NCBI RefSeq assembly: GCF_036321535.1
Contig: NC_087472.1
Location: 4,712,001-4,776,000, forward strand
Direction of reading: 5' to 3'
Length of the DNA: 64,000 nucleotides
Source of the DNA: Camelus dromedarius
Lineage: Eukaryota
The position numbers and the translations under genes were made by a program. Shown in pieces: positions 46,480 to 60,301 of this stretch. Under the pieces are notes generated by a model, which worked only from the letters and a program-made list of their open reading frames with translations, ran no database searches and had not been told where the DNA came from. Positions within the stretch are counted from its first letter, which is position 1, and every line of letters starts with the position of its first letter.

Positions 46480-49400
46480 TTGTTTGAACATTTTTTTATT
46501 GAGTTACAGTCATTTTACAATGTTGTGTCAATTTCCAGTGTAGATGGCAATTTTTCAGTTATACATGAACATACATATATTCATTGTCACATTCTTTTTC
46601 ACTGTGAGCTAACACAAGATCTTGTATATATTCCCCTGTGCTGTACAGTACAATCTTGTTTATCTATTCTGCATATGCCTGTCAGTATCTACAGATTTCG
46701 AACTCCCAGTCTGTCCCTTCTCACCCCCCTCCCGCTTGGCAACCACAAGTTTGTATTCTATGTCTATGAGTCTGTTTATGTTTTGTATTTATGTTCATTT
46801 TTGTTTGTTTTAGATTCCACATATGAGCGACCTCATATGGTATTTTTCTTTCTCTTTCCGGCTTACTTCACTTCAAATGACATCCTCCAGGGACATCCAT
46901 GTTGCTGCAAATGGCGTTATGTTGTCGGTTTTTATGGCTGAATAGTATTCCATTGTATAATATACCACCATTTCTTTATCCAGTCATCTGTCGATGGACA
47001 TTTAGGCTGTTTCCGTGTCTTGGCTACTGTAAATCGTGCTGCTATGAACATTGAGGTGCAGGAGTGTTTTTGAAGTAGGGTTCCTTCTGGATATTTCCCA
47101 GGAGCAGGATTACTGGGTCATAGGGTAAGTGTATTGCTATTCTTTTGGTGGAAACTCTATACTGTTTTCCGCGGTGGNNNNNNNNNNNNNNNNNNNNNNN
47201 NNNNNNNNNNNNNNNNNNNNNNNNNNNNNNNNNNNNNNNNNNNNNNNNNNNNNNNNNNNNNNNNNNNNNNNNNNNNNNNNNNNNNNNNNNNNNNNNNNNN
47301 NNNNNNNNNNNNNNNNNNNNNNNNNNNNNNNNNNNNNNNNNNNNNNNNNNNNNNNNNNNNNNNNNNNNNNNNNNNNNNNNNTTCCTTGGAGAATTGCTTG
47401 TTTAGGTCTTCTGCCCATGTTTGGATTGGGTTGTTTGTGTCTTTCTTATTAAGTCGTATGAGCTGCTTATATATTCTGGAGATCAAGCCTTTGTTGGTTT
47501 CATTGTTTGCAAACATTTTCTCGCATTTCGTAGGTTGTCATTTTGTTTTGCTTATGGTTTCCTTTGCCGTGCAGAAGCATGTAAGTTTCATTAGGTCCCA
47601 TTGGTTTATTCTTGCTTTTATTTCTATTGCTTGGGTAGACTGCCCTAGGAGCACATTTCTGAAATATATGTCAGATAATGTTTTGCCTATGTTTTCTTCT
47701 AGGAAGTTTATTGTATCTTGTCTTATGTTTAAGTCCTTGATCCATTTTGAGCTTATTTTTGTGTATGGTGTAAGGGAGTGTTCTAGCTTCATTGATTTAC
47801 GTGCTCCTGTCCAGTTTTCCCAAAACTATTTGCTGAAGAGACTGTCTTTATTCCGTTGCATATTCTTGCCTCCTTTCTCGAAGATGAGTTAACCAAAAGT
47901 TTGTGGGTTCATTTCTGGGCTCTATGTTCTGTTCCATTGGTCTATATGTGTGTTTTTGTACTAATACCATGCTGTCTTGATGACTGTAGCTCTGTAGTAT
48001 TGTCTGAAGTCCGGGAGAGTTATTCCTCCAGCCTCTTTCTTTCTCTTCAGTAATGCTTTGGCAATTCTAGGTCTTTTGTGGTTCCATATAAATTTTATTA
48101 TGATTTTTTCTAGTTCTGTGAAANNNNNNNNNNNNNNNNNNNNNNNNNNNNNNNNNNNNNNNNNNNNNNNNNNNNNNNNNNNNNNNNNNNNNNNNNNNNN
48201 NNNNNNNNNNNNNNNNNNNNNNNNNNNNNNNNNNNNNNNNNNNNNNNNNNNNNNNNNTTCCTTAATCAGTGTTTTACAGTTCTCCTTGTATAAGTCTTTC
48301 ACCTCCTTGGTTAGATTTATTCCAAGGTATTTTTTTACTTTGGGTGCTATTTTAAAGGGGATTGTTTCTTTATTTTCTTTTCCTGTTGATTCATCGTTAG
48401 CATAAAGAAATGCAACTGATTTTTGAACTTCAATCTTGTAACCTGCTACCTTGCTGAAGTCTTCGCTCAGCTCTAGTAGTTTTTGTGTGGACCTTTTAGG
48501 GTTTTCTGTATATAGAATCATGTCATGTGCATCGAGTGACACTTTTACCTCGTCTTTTCCAATTTGGATCCCTCTTATTTCTCTCTCTTGCCTGATTGCT
48601 ATGGCTAAGACTTCCAAGACTACGTTGAATAGGACTGGTGATAGTTGGCAGCCTTGTCTTGTCCCAGATTTTAGTGGGAAGCTTTTGAGTTTTTCACCGT
48701 TGAGTACTATGCTGGCTGTAGTTTTGTCATATATAGCTTTTACTATGTTGAGATATGTTCCCTGTATACCCACTTTGGTGANNNNNNNNNNNNNNNNNNN
48801 NNNNNNNNNNNNNNNNNNNNNNNNNNNNNNNNNNNNNNNNNNNNNNNNNNNNNNNNNNNNNNNNNNNNNNNNNNNNNNNNNNNNNNNNNNNNNNNNNNNN
48901 NNNNNNNNNNNNNNNNNNNNNNNNNNNNNNNNNNNNNNNNCCTGGTCATGATGTATAATCTGTTTTATGTGCTGTTGGATTCTATTTGCTAAGAATGTGG
49001 TAAGGATTTTTGCATCTTTCTTCATCAGGGATATTGGTCTGTAATTCTCTTTTTTGCTAGTGTCTTTGCCTGGTTTTGGTATCAGGGTGATGGTGGTTTC
49101 ATAGAATGAATTTGGGAGTATTTCCTCCTTTTCAATCTTCTGGAAGACTTTGAGAAGGACTGGTATGAGTTCTTCTTTGTATGTTTGATAAAATTCCCTG
49201 GTGAAGCCGTGTGGTCGTGGACTTTTATTTGTAGGGAGGTTTTTTTATTTGCTAAATTGGTTTCATTTCTAGTGATCGGTTTGTTCAAGTGGTCGGTTTC
49301 TTCTTGGTTCAGTCGTGGTGGACTGTATGTTTCCAGTAACTTGTCCATCTCCTCTAGGTTATCCATTTTGGTTCCATATAGTTTTTCATAATATTCTCAT

Positions 49401-50141
49401 ATGATATTCTGTATTTCTATGTTATTTGTTGTAATTTCTCCATTTTCCTTTCTTATTTTGCTTATTTGTGCTCTCTTTTTTTTCTTCTTTGTGAGTTTGG
49501 CCAGAGGTTTGTCGATCTTATTTACTTTTTCAAAAAACCAGCTTATGGTTTGATTGATTTTTTTCTATTGTTTTTTTAGTCTCTATTTTGTTTCTTTCCT
49601 CCCTGATCTTTCTTATTTCCTTCCTTCTGCTGCCTTTTGGGGGTTTTTTTGCTCTTCTTTTTCTAATTCTTTTAGTTGGTGGGTTAGATTGTTTATTTGA
49701 GATTGTGCTTCTTTTTTGAGGAAAGCCTGTATCGCTATAAACTTCCCTTGTAACACTGCCTTTGCTGCATCCCATAAATTTTGTGTGATTGTGTTTTCAT
49801 TTTCATTCGTCTCAAGGTATTTTTTAATTTCAACTTTGATTTCATCATTGACCCATTGGTTTTTTAATAGCATGCTGTTTAATCTCCATCTTCCAAACAG
49901 AAAATAAATGAGGCAACAGAGAAATTAAATGATACAATATAAAAATTAGATTTGGTGGATATTTTGAGAGCATTACACCCCCCAAAAATAGAATATACAT
50001 TCTTTTCAAGTGCACATGGAACATTTTCTAGGTTTGCTTATGTACTTGGACACAAAAGAAGCCTCAACAATTTTAAGAAGATAGAAATTATCTCAAGCAT
50101 CTTTACTGACCACAATGCCATGAAACTTGAAATCAACTACA
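46480..50141 (-). mobile_element. Lineage-specific LINE-1, 5'-truncated with a 5' inversion (~49890-50141 on +), flanked by an 11-bp TSD GTGACCACTTT
   Basis: ORF2 RT-region translation ([38 protein letters not shown]), camelid-type 3' end, TSD at 46469-46479 and 50142-50152. Confidence 0.93.
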
Positions 50142-50499
50142 GTGACCACTTTCTTTTGAAATTTAAGACGCACCTCCTGAACTGAAGGGCCACATGATCA
50201 AAAACTTCTACTTCTTTTTTTTTTTAATGACATTGCAAGAAATGGGGACTCTGAAGTCAGCACCTGCACATCACTAACACCAGAATGCACTGACCACAGG
50301 TGCTGCTGTGGGCACCACCCTCCTGTGTCTTCCCACGATCTGAACCAGGGGAGTATGAATACATTGGATTCAGGCACTACTCGTGAGCACACAGGAGGCA
50401 GCTCCAGGAATTCTACAAAATCACCTGGTCATGATTTTCAGAGGTTAGAGATGCCATATCAGGCGAGTGTGAGTGCAACTGGTGAAGTTTAAATTGTTA

Positions 50500-51600
50500 C
50501 CGTTAACACAATTCCTAAGGAAAAGGGAGAACTGATTATCATTTGTAGTCAATATGATCTTGTGTATAGAAAATTCTAGTGAACACCCCCCCCAAAGAAA
50601 AACCTATAGAAACTATTAAACGAGTTCATCAAGGATGTAGAACACAAGATCAATGTTTCAGAAAATGAATTGCATTTCCATGTACTAGCAGTGTATAATC
50701 CCAAGGTGAAATTCTGAAAACCAGTCCTTTCACAATAGCATCAAAGAAGAGATATTTGGAAGAAGACAATAAATCACATGAATTATTCACTAAATACTAC
50801 AAAACATTGCTGAAAGGAGTTTTTCACAACAACAACAAAAACAACCTAAAAGAGAGAGATGAACTCTGCTCATGAGTCAGGAGATGCAATGTTGTTAAAT
50901 GCCAGGTTGCTCCAAATCGATGTATGGATTCTACACCGTCCCTATCCAAATTCCAGCAGAGTTTTGTGTAGAAATTGATGAGCTGATGTGAAATTCATCT
51001 TATGATGCAAAATGCCCAGCATAGCCACAAAATGTTTGAAAAAAAAGCTAGAGGACTTCCTTGCACTTGGTGATATCAAAACCTAAAGTAATGATATAGG
51101 AACCATGACAATACAATTGTGTTGTAAGGTTAGGCGTATAGACCAACAGAACAGAATGGAGGTTTCCTAGATAAACTCATTTACCTGTGGTTAATGGATT
51201 TTTAAAAGGTGCTTATATGGTAAATACACAGGGATAGGATCATCGTTTCAACAATTGGTGCTGGGAAAAGTCGGTATCCACCTGCAAGAATGTAAATTTA
51301 TAGCATTTCCTCAGATCACACTCAAAAATTCTTCAAGTACAGCTGAAATCTTCAACCCCATTACCGCCTGCAAGGGTGGTTTCTGCATCTGCGCTTCTGC
51401 TCTGTAAGCTGCCATTGTCTCTATCTGCCTGTCTGTCTCTTCCACTTGGGGGAGCAGTGGTTTTGCCTGCCACCTCCATTCTCTCATGGATCTGAGAAGA
51501 GTCACTGATTTTCAATGTGCTCACCTGTTTTCTCTCTGTGAGGATGGGTTGTGCTGACTTCCAAGCTCCTCACATGCCTGACCAGAAACCACAAGTCTCC
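50500..51600. mobile_element. Ancient L1M fragments (ORF2 on + at ~50500-51300; 5'-end-like piece on - at ~51310-51600)
   Basis: Degenerate L1 text; gacttccaagctc..acatg...ccagaaacc motif. Confidence 0.6.
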
Positions 51601-53674
51601 AGTAAATGTTTGGTTCTTGAAAGGTGGTATTAAGACCCCTTGTATGCCAGCAGGAGTGATCAGGTCGAGAGCAAGGGTTAAATGATGCAAGAAAAAAAGG
51701 GGCAGAATTTAAAGAGAAAAGTGCTTGGGAAAGAGTGGGCTTCTGGTCTTAAATAGGTGCCTGGAAGTTTGTAACCCTTTAAGGGATCGGGGCAGAGAAT
51801 GCAGGCATCTGGGTGGGGTCATGAGAAGAGGGAGAAAACAGGTGGCAACGTGACCAGGTACAGAAGTAGACCCACACACATATGCAGGCACGGACAACCG
51901 CTCATCAGTAACACGACAAAACTCCGAGGTGAAAACGTAATCTTATCAACAATTAGGTCTGGAACAACCGGATAGCCACGTGCCAGAAATAAAGCTTAAT
52001 CTGTACCTTGCTCCATATAACAAATAACACAAAATGGATGGTAGAAGTCCATGTCAAAAGTAAAAGTGTGATGCTTCCTGGAGAACACCTCGGAGACGAT
52101 CCTTGTCACCTTTGGTGAGTGTGGTAAGTTTGAAGATATCGAGGTTGATCAAGGAAGAGCCCGGGCCAGGAGAGGCAGGAACACACAAGCATCGTGGAGC
52201 AGCACTTGGATGCGGTTGCCTGAGAGGAGAGTCCCTCCCAGGAAGGACCTTCGAGAGGCAGAGGCACCAGGCCACCTCCCAGAAGGGGCATAACGCCAGG
52301 GACCTCCCAGGAGAGAAGGGGAATCGGACGGGGGCTTCACACATCTGGAAGGTGCTGCTCGGCAGCAAGGTGGCAGTCTCTGGGCTAGAGAGCTCCAGGG
52401 GGCGCTGGCAGTCACAGACCTTTACCGCTGCAGGGTTTGTCTTCTGGAGGGTTAGTGACGGTGGGACGGCGGGTGCCGTTTGCGGCGCCTGCGAAGTGGG
52501 GAGGTTCTAAGTAGCTGCGTAGCACAGGACTGGATTTCAACTTTCAAAGAAATGTCTTCCTCGACCTCCCATTGTCCTTGTGTTTCGTGGCTCACTCCAG
52601 AACTTAGTAAAATTCTTTGCAGAACTGTCCAGGTGTTGGGCTCCAAATGCTACCTTCGTCAGCTCCCATCAGACAACTCCCCCCACAGCTGCATGGGAGC
52701 AGCTCCTCTCAAGGTCACCAGTTACCTACATTTTCACCAACTAACAGTAAATTCTCACCGGCACTCAGCAGAGCTGACCACGTGCTCCCAGAGACTGTTC
52801 CACACTTGCATTTCCTTCACTCTCACTGACTCTTCCTTCCCAGCTCCTTTCCCTGAAGACCTAGCCAAATGGCTCCAAGTGGCTCACAGCCTCGAACTTG
52901 GTCTTGGTCGCCGTCTCTCTCACCTGGTGATCATGTCCAGTCCCGTGGCTTCACATGCCATCTGTCCCCTGGGAACTCTCAGTTTCTACCAATAGCGAAC
53001 TCTTTCCTGAGTTCCAGACTCCTCTATACATCCTCTGGGTTGCCTAGCAAATTCACAGACAGAGCTCGGGTTAATTAGAGCTCTTTCCGTCCTCCCGCCC
53101 CTCCCCAGTCTGGTTCCACTTGCATCTTCGGAACGTCCATCCATGGAAACTCTGGTTTCCAGGTGTTCGAGCCCAAATTGCCATAGTCTTTCTGGGCCAC
53201 CTGCTTTCCCTCGCATTCAGCATCCAAACAGTCAGTGAGGCCTGGATGGCTCTCACTCCAATTGCTTCAGGACCGCAAAGGAGGCAGGGATCACTGGGAA
53301 GCATCGTGGAGACTGCTCCTCTAGGCAGGGACTCTGTTGTTCACGGCTGCTTTGCTGGTGCCAAGCACAGTGCCTGGAACACAGAAGAGTAGCCCTTAGT
53401 GCCTGCTGACCTCCTGATGGTTCACATCTCCTAGGAGCCTTCTGTTCTGAAGAATAGAGGTTGTGAAACACCAGCTGAAACATGTTCGTCTCCACTGCTT
53501 GGAACAGAGTTCTTCAGAACAAGTCTTCTTTTTTGTTCCAAAGGGTATTCGTACAACCTTGCACAGTGTCTGGCATGTGGTAGGTGCTCAGTACAGGAAG
53601 AGATGCATAAAGGAATAATGAATCCTTGACTGAGTGATTATACACATGGAACCAAATCTATGGGTACAACAGAA

Positions 53675-54480
53675 TCATTTTTAAGGCTTTATTGACATAC
53701 CATTTAAATACCATAAAATTTTCCCATTTAAAGTGGTCAGTTAAATATGGGTATTAAATGTCCTGAGTTGTACAGCCATCATCAAAGGCAAAGGTTCGAA
53801 AATGTCCGCCACCTTCGTAAGATCCCTCGTGCCACCTGTAGGTAAACCCTGCTCTCGCCCTCCACCGCAGGCAAACGCTGCTCCACTGTCTGTCTCTAAG
53901 GGTGTGATTGTCTCCGAGCTTGTTATGAACGGGCTCCTGTCTCACGGCTTACTGGGCCCATCCTGGTTAGCACATGCAGCGGGGGTTGTTTTGGCTTCCT
54001 TGTATTCACTTTATCTTCGAATACTATGTCATTACATCGCACGGACTGATCACATGTTGCTTATTCACTCACCAGTTGAGGGACATTTGGGTTGCTTCCC
54101 TTTGCAGTTACCCTGACTATCGTCCTAGTCACAGTCACGTGGCAGTCTTAAGACGAGCACGTATTTCCTTTTTCCTCAGGTAGTGGAATTGCTGGTCATA
54201 GGGTAATTTTATGGTGAAAACTTTCAGTATTGGACTGTCTTTATTTTTGAGTTGCAGAGGGCTTTTTTGGTTTGTTCTGTTTCATTGGCTAATCTGGAAA
54301 TGAGTCCCTCATCAGGGTCAGGGACATGATTTGCATATATTTTCTCCTCGACTGTGGTTTTCATTTTCTTAGTTGTGCCTTTTACTATGAAAAAGTATTT
54401 ATTAATTTTTTTTCATTCAGGGATGGTGGTTTTGGTGTCTTACTTAAGAATTCTTTACTAAATCCAAGGTTGTGAAGATT
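53675..54480 (-). mobile_element. L1MB-type LINE-1 3' fragment
   Basis: ccatttaaag...tcaccagttgagggacatttgggttg...ggaattgctggtcatagggtaa. Confidence 0.65.
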
Positions 54481-56310
54481 TTTTCCTATGACGGATCCCT
54501 TCCCGTGGGCCAGCACAGACCCCAGGACTGGCCGCACACCCCCCTGTGGGCGAGCACCAGCCGGGACTCCCTGGGCTCCGCCCCGCCCCCCTACCAGCAG
54601 GTCAACAGCAACACCGGAAGCCCTAGAGCCCTGAAGCCAGCACCCCAGGGACCCAGCTGCCTACTGGGCGGCCCGCACCTGCAGGAAGCAGAGATGGATG
54701 GAGGGGCCCACGGGGGAAGACCAGGCAAGGGCACCTGGGCAACGTCAGCTCTCAAGGACCCGGGGACTCGGGCAGGAGGACCCTAGATTCATAAAGCCCA
54801 CAGACAGTCCCCAAATTCTGTCTGATGTGCCTTGTCACTTTCTGTCGTTAAGCCTGCTTTTGTATTTTGGAAATAGAGTCCTGCCGTTTGTTCCTTTAGC
54901 ACATCATGAAGTCGTGAGAATAGAAATGAATGAAGTCACGGAAGTTTGGTCTCAGCTAGAAAGAGGGGAACAGGGCAGCGTGGACACATTCAGAGCAGCC
55001 TGATCTTTACTAAAAGGCTCTACAATCGTGGGACCAGTACCAAGCACCACGTAGGGTTGTACATCTGTAACATGGGTTTCACAACCTGCACTTTGTGACG
55101 CTGTTGGAATGGAGGCCATGTAGTAAAACACCTGGCTCAATGCCTGGTGTGTATTGGATCTTTAGTGGCTGGTACATATTTCTAGTATTATTTTCACCCC
55201 AGACCCTACCACTCCCTCTCTGGAAATGATTTTGCTCCCATGACATCTCTGAGAACTTCTAACTCAGTAGGAAACAGAAAGGAAATTCAGCCGAATGGCC
55301 ACTCTACATATTTCCCTCCTGGAGGATACATTATACAATTTGGCTGTGTGTGAGCTGAGGTCTTCCCCGGCTGGGAGTAACGAGCTCAAAGCTCCAGAAT
55401 TTCAGTTAAAAACCAGCTCCTTCCCTGTTTTGCAGCTTCTCTTCCATCCAAACCATTATTTTCACTCATTTCATCCCCACAAAAATCTAGATCTTGCTTA
55501 AAATTGGCTAAATGGCACTCAAGGTAACAAAGATTTTCTCAGCTCAGTGGAATCGATCCTGGCTTTCTGAGACCGGGAAGAAGACTTCCTGCCCAGTGGG
55601 TTCTGGGCCTCACTTCAGGGAAGTTTCACTCTGGTCCTAAGGAAACCCTTGGGAGATGATGGATTATAAAACACCTAGCTCGTAAGTGCATTCGAGTGCA
55701 ATGTGACAGGACCCGAGAATGACTTCCTTCTTTCCCCAAGAGGAGCGCTCTCTTTGCTTTCTTCAGGATCCAGAAGGATCCTCTCAGTGCCTCATGTCCG
55801 ATTGTCCTCTCAGCCTTAACACATACTCTTTGATTCTAGCCGCCGCCACGCCGCCACCACCCAGCTACTTTACCAACACCTCCCACAGAAGGACCCCCAG
55901 CTTCCCAAGGCCCCCAACTGCCCAGGCTCCTGGCACCTATACTTGAGTGCTCATTCCCAGACTCCCACCGCCTCACCCCATTTTTACTTGCTCTATGGGA
56001 CTTAAGGGACATCTCACCATCTTCCTGATGTGACTGCGGCTCCGAGACTATCATTGTAGGTGTGGGGCGTCCTGCTTTTCCTAGTGTCCCCACTACTAAC
56101 ACAGGGTCCACCAGAGAGCAGAGGCTCAGTGAATGTCTGTGGAATAAATAAGATGGGGAGCAGGGATCCTACTGATTCAGATTGATTTTCTCCACGTTCT
56201 TCAATAGCCCATGCAAATCCAACTCAACATGGATATCTTAGTTTTACAGAATGACAGACACAATGGGATAAGAAGCTAGAAATTGATGGGGAATGCTTAA
56301 CCCCATCAAA

Positions 56311-56316
56311 TTTATT
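56311..56316 (-). terminator. Candidate poly(A) signal AATAAA for G5 (absent from twin G2)
   Basis: tttatt on + lies 4 nt beyond the end of the inverted-repeat homology. Confidence 0.5.
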
Positions 56317-56750
56317 CTTACATTTTCTTCTCATTGCTCCCCCAAATTCTAATTCCATGTTATCTTGTTCAGGATGACACAATAAGATGGGAGATTTACA
56401 ACTTGTTTTACAAAACAGCAAAACTCTTGTGTTTGAACTGGATAAGGATACAGACATTGTGATTAATGTCATTGACAAAGTTAGATAGTGAAGCTTATTA
56501 AATCTTCTGATACAAGGAACACCACTGAAAAATTTCTACAGGAAACAAAGATCAATTTCCATGTCATCATAAGGGATGGGAGGAGCCCAGAGATGCTGTA
56601 CACCGTGTCCCCCCAACTGGCCCAGGCTGTCACCCCTTAGGAGGCTGCCTGCTCGCTCTCCAAACACACAGTGAAGGATGGACTCACTTCCGGCCCGACA
56701 GGAGAAGCTGCCGGCCAGGGACCTGGACGGAGACCGGCTGCAAGTCTGGC

Positions 56751-57758
56751 TCAGGGCCACTCTTCCTCATCACTCAACACCTCTTCAGACAGGGACAGGA
56801 AGGAACTGAGATTCCTTGTATTGACCCTGAGCAAATGCTCCAGGACTTGCAGCTTGCTGGTCTCCGCGTGGGCCCGGGGCCCCCACAGGAGCTCGTAGCG
56901 AGGGGGATCGCTGTTGGGCACCTGCAGGTACTCCACGTACTCCTCCCGCACCCACACGTTGGTGACGAGCTCCCTGGGCTCCCCGTAGATGCAGTGCTCC
57001 CTCCCGGGATACACCCCCATGACACTCAGTGCTTCCCACATCTTCTCCTCAGTGGCGCACTCTCCCTCCAGGAGGATCACACCCAGGAGCATCACCAGGA
57101 GGCCGTTCTTGGGCATGCTCTGCCCATCGCCCAGCATCCCGTCACAGGTGAGGCCCAGGGTGGGGACCAGGACATACAAGTGCTCCCTGGGGTCCACCTC
57201 CTTCACATCCACCCCAAAGACCAGCTGCAGACACTCAGAGGCTTGACTCAAGATCACAGGGAAGTGGTCCTGGTCATCTCTGAGGACCGCATTCAGCATG
57301 TCTTCCTTTGTGGTCGGCTCCTTTGAGCGGTACTTGAGGAGCAGGAAGCTCACCAGATCAGCCACCTTCAAATGGAGTGGGTCTGGGTGTGAGGACTCGG
57401 CATCTGCGGGGTCCTGGCTGGTGCTGGGCCTCTCCTCATCTTGGCTGCTGGAGGTGTCATCTTCCGACTGGCTCCATGGAGGGGCGTCGTCGTCAGCAGC
57501 GGGGAAGAAGCAGACACACCGAGGGCTCTGCGGGGCACTGGGTGTCCCAGAATCATCTACCTCCTCCAGGGTGTCCAGGAACAGGACGGAGGAGGAGGGG
57601 GAGGGGGAGGAGGAGGAAGAGGATGAGGGAGACATGGGGGATGCATCCGCCACCTCCTCAGCCCCAATCTCCTGCGCAACCACCACATCCTCAGCCTCTC
57701 TTGGGTCCTGAAAGTCAGCTTCAGTCTGGTGGAGGTCACTCATCTGAACCCCAGGCAT
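56751..57758 (-). CDS. MAGE-A-like protein G5 (335 aa); 69-nt exon at 57894-57962
   Basis: gtcATG at 57758, intact MAGE_N region plus MAGE homology domain. Paralogue of G2. Confidence 0.95.
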   Translation of the reverse strand: MPGVQMSDLHQTEADFQDPREAEDVVVAQEIGAEEVADASPMSPSSSSSSSPSPSSSVLFLDTLEEVDDSGTPSAPQSPRCVCFFPAADDDAPPWSQSEDDTSSSQDEERPSTSQDPADAESSHPDPLHLKVADLVSFLLLKYRSKEPTTKEDMLNAVLRDDQDHFPVILSQASECLQLVFGVDVKEVDPREHLYVLVPTLGLTCDGMLGDGQSMPKNGLLVMLLGVILLEGECATEEKMWEALSVMGVYPGREHCIYGEPRELVTNVWVREEYVEYLQVPNSDPPRYELLWGPRAHAETSKLQVLEHLLRVNTRNLSSFLSLSEEVLSDEEEWP

Positions 57759-58313
57759 GACGACTGGTGTCCGCGCCGACAGGAGTGGAGGCAGGGATGA
57801 CAGATGGGGACCCACAGGCCTGGGGAAGAAAGGGAATGCCACTGGCTCGGGCTGAGAAACCCACCCTGAGGGGCTCTGACAAAGGCGACTTACTGGTCTC
57901 CTCTTCAGGGATGCCCTCGGCCTTACAGGGGCTCTCCTCCTGGTGGACGGTTGCCTGTGAACCTGACGGGGGAAGTGAGGCAACTCCTCAGGGTGCAGCC
58001 GGCACAGCCTGAGGTTCTGGGGGCGACAGGGGGTGTGTGGAGTGGATGTTGGCCTTGTAGGGTCCCCTCTGTTCCGGGAGCCCCCGGGTACACACTCAGG
58101 GCCCACACCTCAACCGGCACTGCCGGCCTCCTGTGCTCTGTGACCCGAGGACACGTGTCTCAGACCTAGGCCTTCACCTCCCGGTGTCTGGAGCCCCTGG
58201 AAGAGAAAGGAGGGGAGACCTCGGGTCTACACTGTGGTACAGCCCTGGACCCGCGTGCTGGCAGGAGGCCTGGGCTCTGGCAGGTTCCCACTCTTCTAGC
58301 ACGGGAGGTCCTC

Positions 58314-60301
58314 TCCGCGCTAGCTCAGGGTCCTCACCGTGACTCCAAGCGGGACCTGGGATTCGGCTCTCCAACCACCTGAGGGGCCCTCCTTATAATC
58401 AGTCCGAGGTCTCTCTGAGACCTGGATGCGGAAGTCAGGACACACCACGTGTGCTCATCCTGCCTGGGGGCCTCCCAGGGCTGACAGCAGGGGCAGGATC
58501 AGTTGCATCCCCTCTGTTCTGGGGTCTCGGGTCCCCTTACTCCTCCCTCGGGTCCTCACCTTGACTCCTGGCAGGACCTGGGATTCCCCTCTCAGCCCAC
58601 CTGAGGCCCCGCCCGTCATACCAGGACGCCAGTCCCTCTGTGACCCGCATTTCAGGAACTGCTGCCTGAGGTCATCCCGCCCTATGGCCTCCCAGGACTG
58701 ACTCTGTTCTGGGGTCCAGGGTCCCTCAGTGCTCCCTCGCGGTCGTCTCCTTCACTCCCACTGGCACCTCAGATTCTCTTTTCCACAGACCTAGGACCTC
58801 CCCCACCCCCCCTTACACTATGTCCCGAGTCTCTCTGACCGAGTTGCGGAAGTCAGGACACTCCGATTGGGCTCATCCCGCCCTGGGCCCTCAAGACGGC
58901 TGACAGCAGGGGCACATTTATGTGGAATGGCCTCTTTTCTGGGGTCTTGGGTCCCCTCCCTCTTCCCTCAGGGACCTCAATTTGAGTCAGGCGGCATGTA
59001 GTCTCCCCTCTGCCCACTGCAGGCCCCGCCCCTCATACCAGGACCCTACTCTCTAAGAGACTGGGATGTCAGGAAATGTCACCTGTGGTCATCCTGCCCT
59101 ATGACCTCCCAGGACTGACTCTTTTCTGGGGTCCAGGGTCCCCTGAGTCCTCCCTCCGCGTCCTCACCTTGACTCTCGGCAGGAACTGGGATTCCCCCCT
59201 CAGCTCACCTGAGGCCCCGCCCCTGAAATCTGGTCCAGTTTCTCTGAAGCCTGGATGTCAAGAAATGCTGCCAAAGGTGATCCCGCCCTATGACCTTCCA
59301 GGACCGACTCTGTTCTGGGGTCCAGGGTCCCGCAGTCCTCCCTCACAGTCCTTGCTTACTGTCCTGACAGGCCCTCAGCTCCGCATTCCCGACCTGAGGC
59401 TTCGCCCCCCATACCAGCGCCCCAGTCCCTCCGAGGCCCGGATGCGGAAGTCCCGGCACGCTGCCATGTGCTCGTCCACCCGGGGCCTGCCGAGGTAGAA
59501 ATCGTGGGGTCCCCTCTCTTCCGGTGTCCAGGGTCTCGGCAGTCCTCCCTGAGGTTCCTCATTGTGACTCCCGCCAGGAACTGGGTTTCTGCCCTCAGCG
59601 CACCCGAGGCCCCGCCCCTCATACCAGGTCCCCGCTCGCTCTGAGACGCGGACCCGGATGTGAGGAAACGCTGCCCGAGGTGATCCCGCTCTACGACCTC
59701 CCGGGACCGACTCTGTTCTGGGGTCCAGGGTCACCGCAGTCCTCCCTCTGGGTCCTCACCTTGACGCCAGGCGGAAACTGGGATTCTCCCTCTCTGAGCC
59801 CCCCCCTCCCCGAACTTACACTAAGTCCCCGGTCTCTCTGAGACCAGGGTGCCGCAGTCAGGACACACCACGTGGGCCTGTCCTGCCCTCGGGACTCTGG
59901 ATGGCTGAGAGCAGGGGCTCCTTTCTGTGGGATGGCCTCTTTTCGGGGGTTCTGGGTCCTCTCCGTCCTCCCTCGGGGTCCTCACTTTGACTCCGGTGGC
60001 TTGTAGTCTCTCCTCTGCCCACCTGAGGCCCCGCCCCTCATACCAGGTCCCCAGTGCCTCTGAGAGCCCGGACGTCAGGAAATGTGCCTGTGGTCATTCC
60101 ACCCTATGGCCTCCCAGGACAGACTCTGTTCTGGGGTCCAGGGTCACCGCAGTCCTCCCTCAGAGTGCTCACCTTGACTCCTGGCAGGACTTGCGAGTCT
60201 CCGCTCTGCCCCCTTGAGGTCCCCCTCTCTAAATTAAGTCCCCCCTCCCTCTGAGACCCGGATGCGGAAGTCAGGGCTCGCTGCCATGTGCCTCCTAGGG
60301 C
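58314..60301 (-). promoter_or_regulatory. Array of ~10 promoter/first-exon cassettes upstream of G5
   Basis: Inverted copy of the G2 array lacking three units. Confidence 0.75.

Noticed and set aside
47961-49025. 354-aa reverse transcriptase ORF as an active element
   Set aside because: Part of a 5'-truncated, inverted L1 with frame breaks and no ORF1 or promoter.
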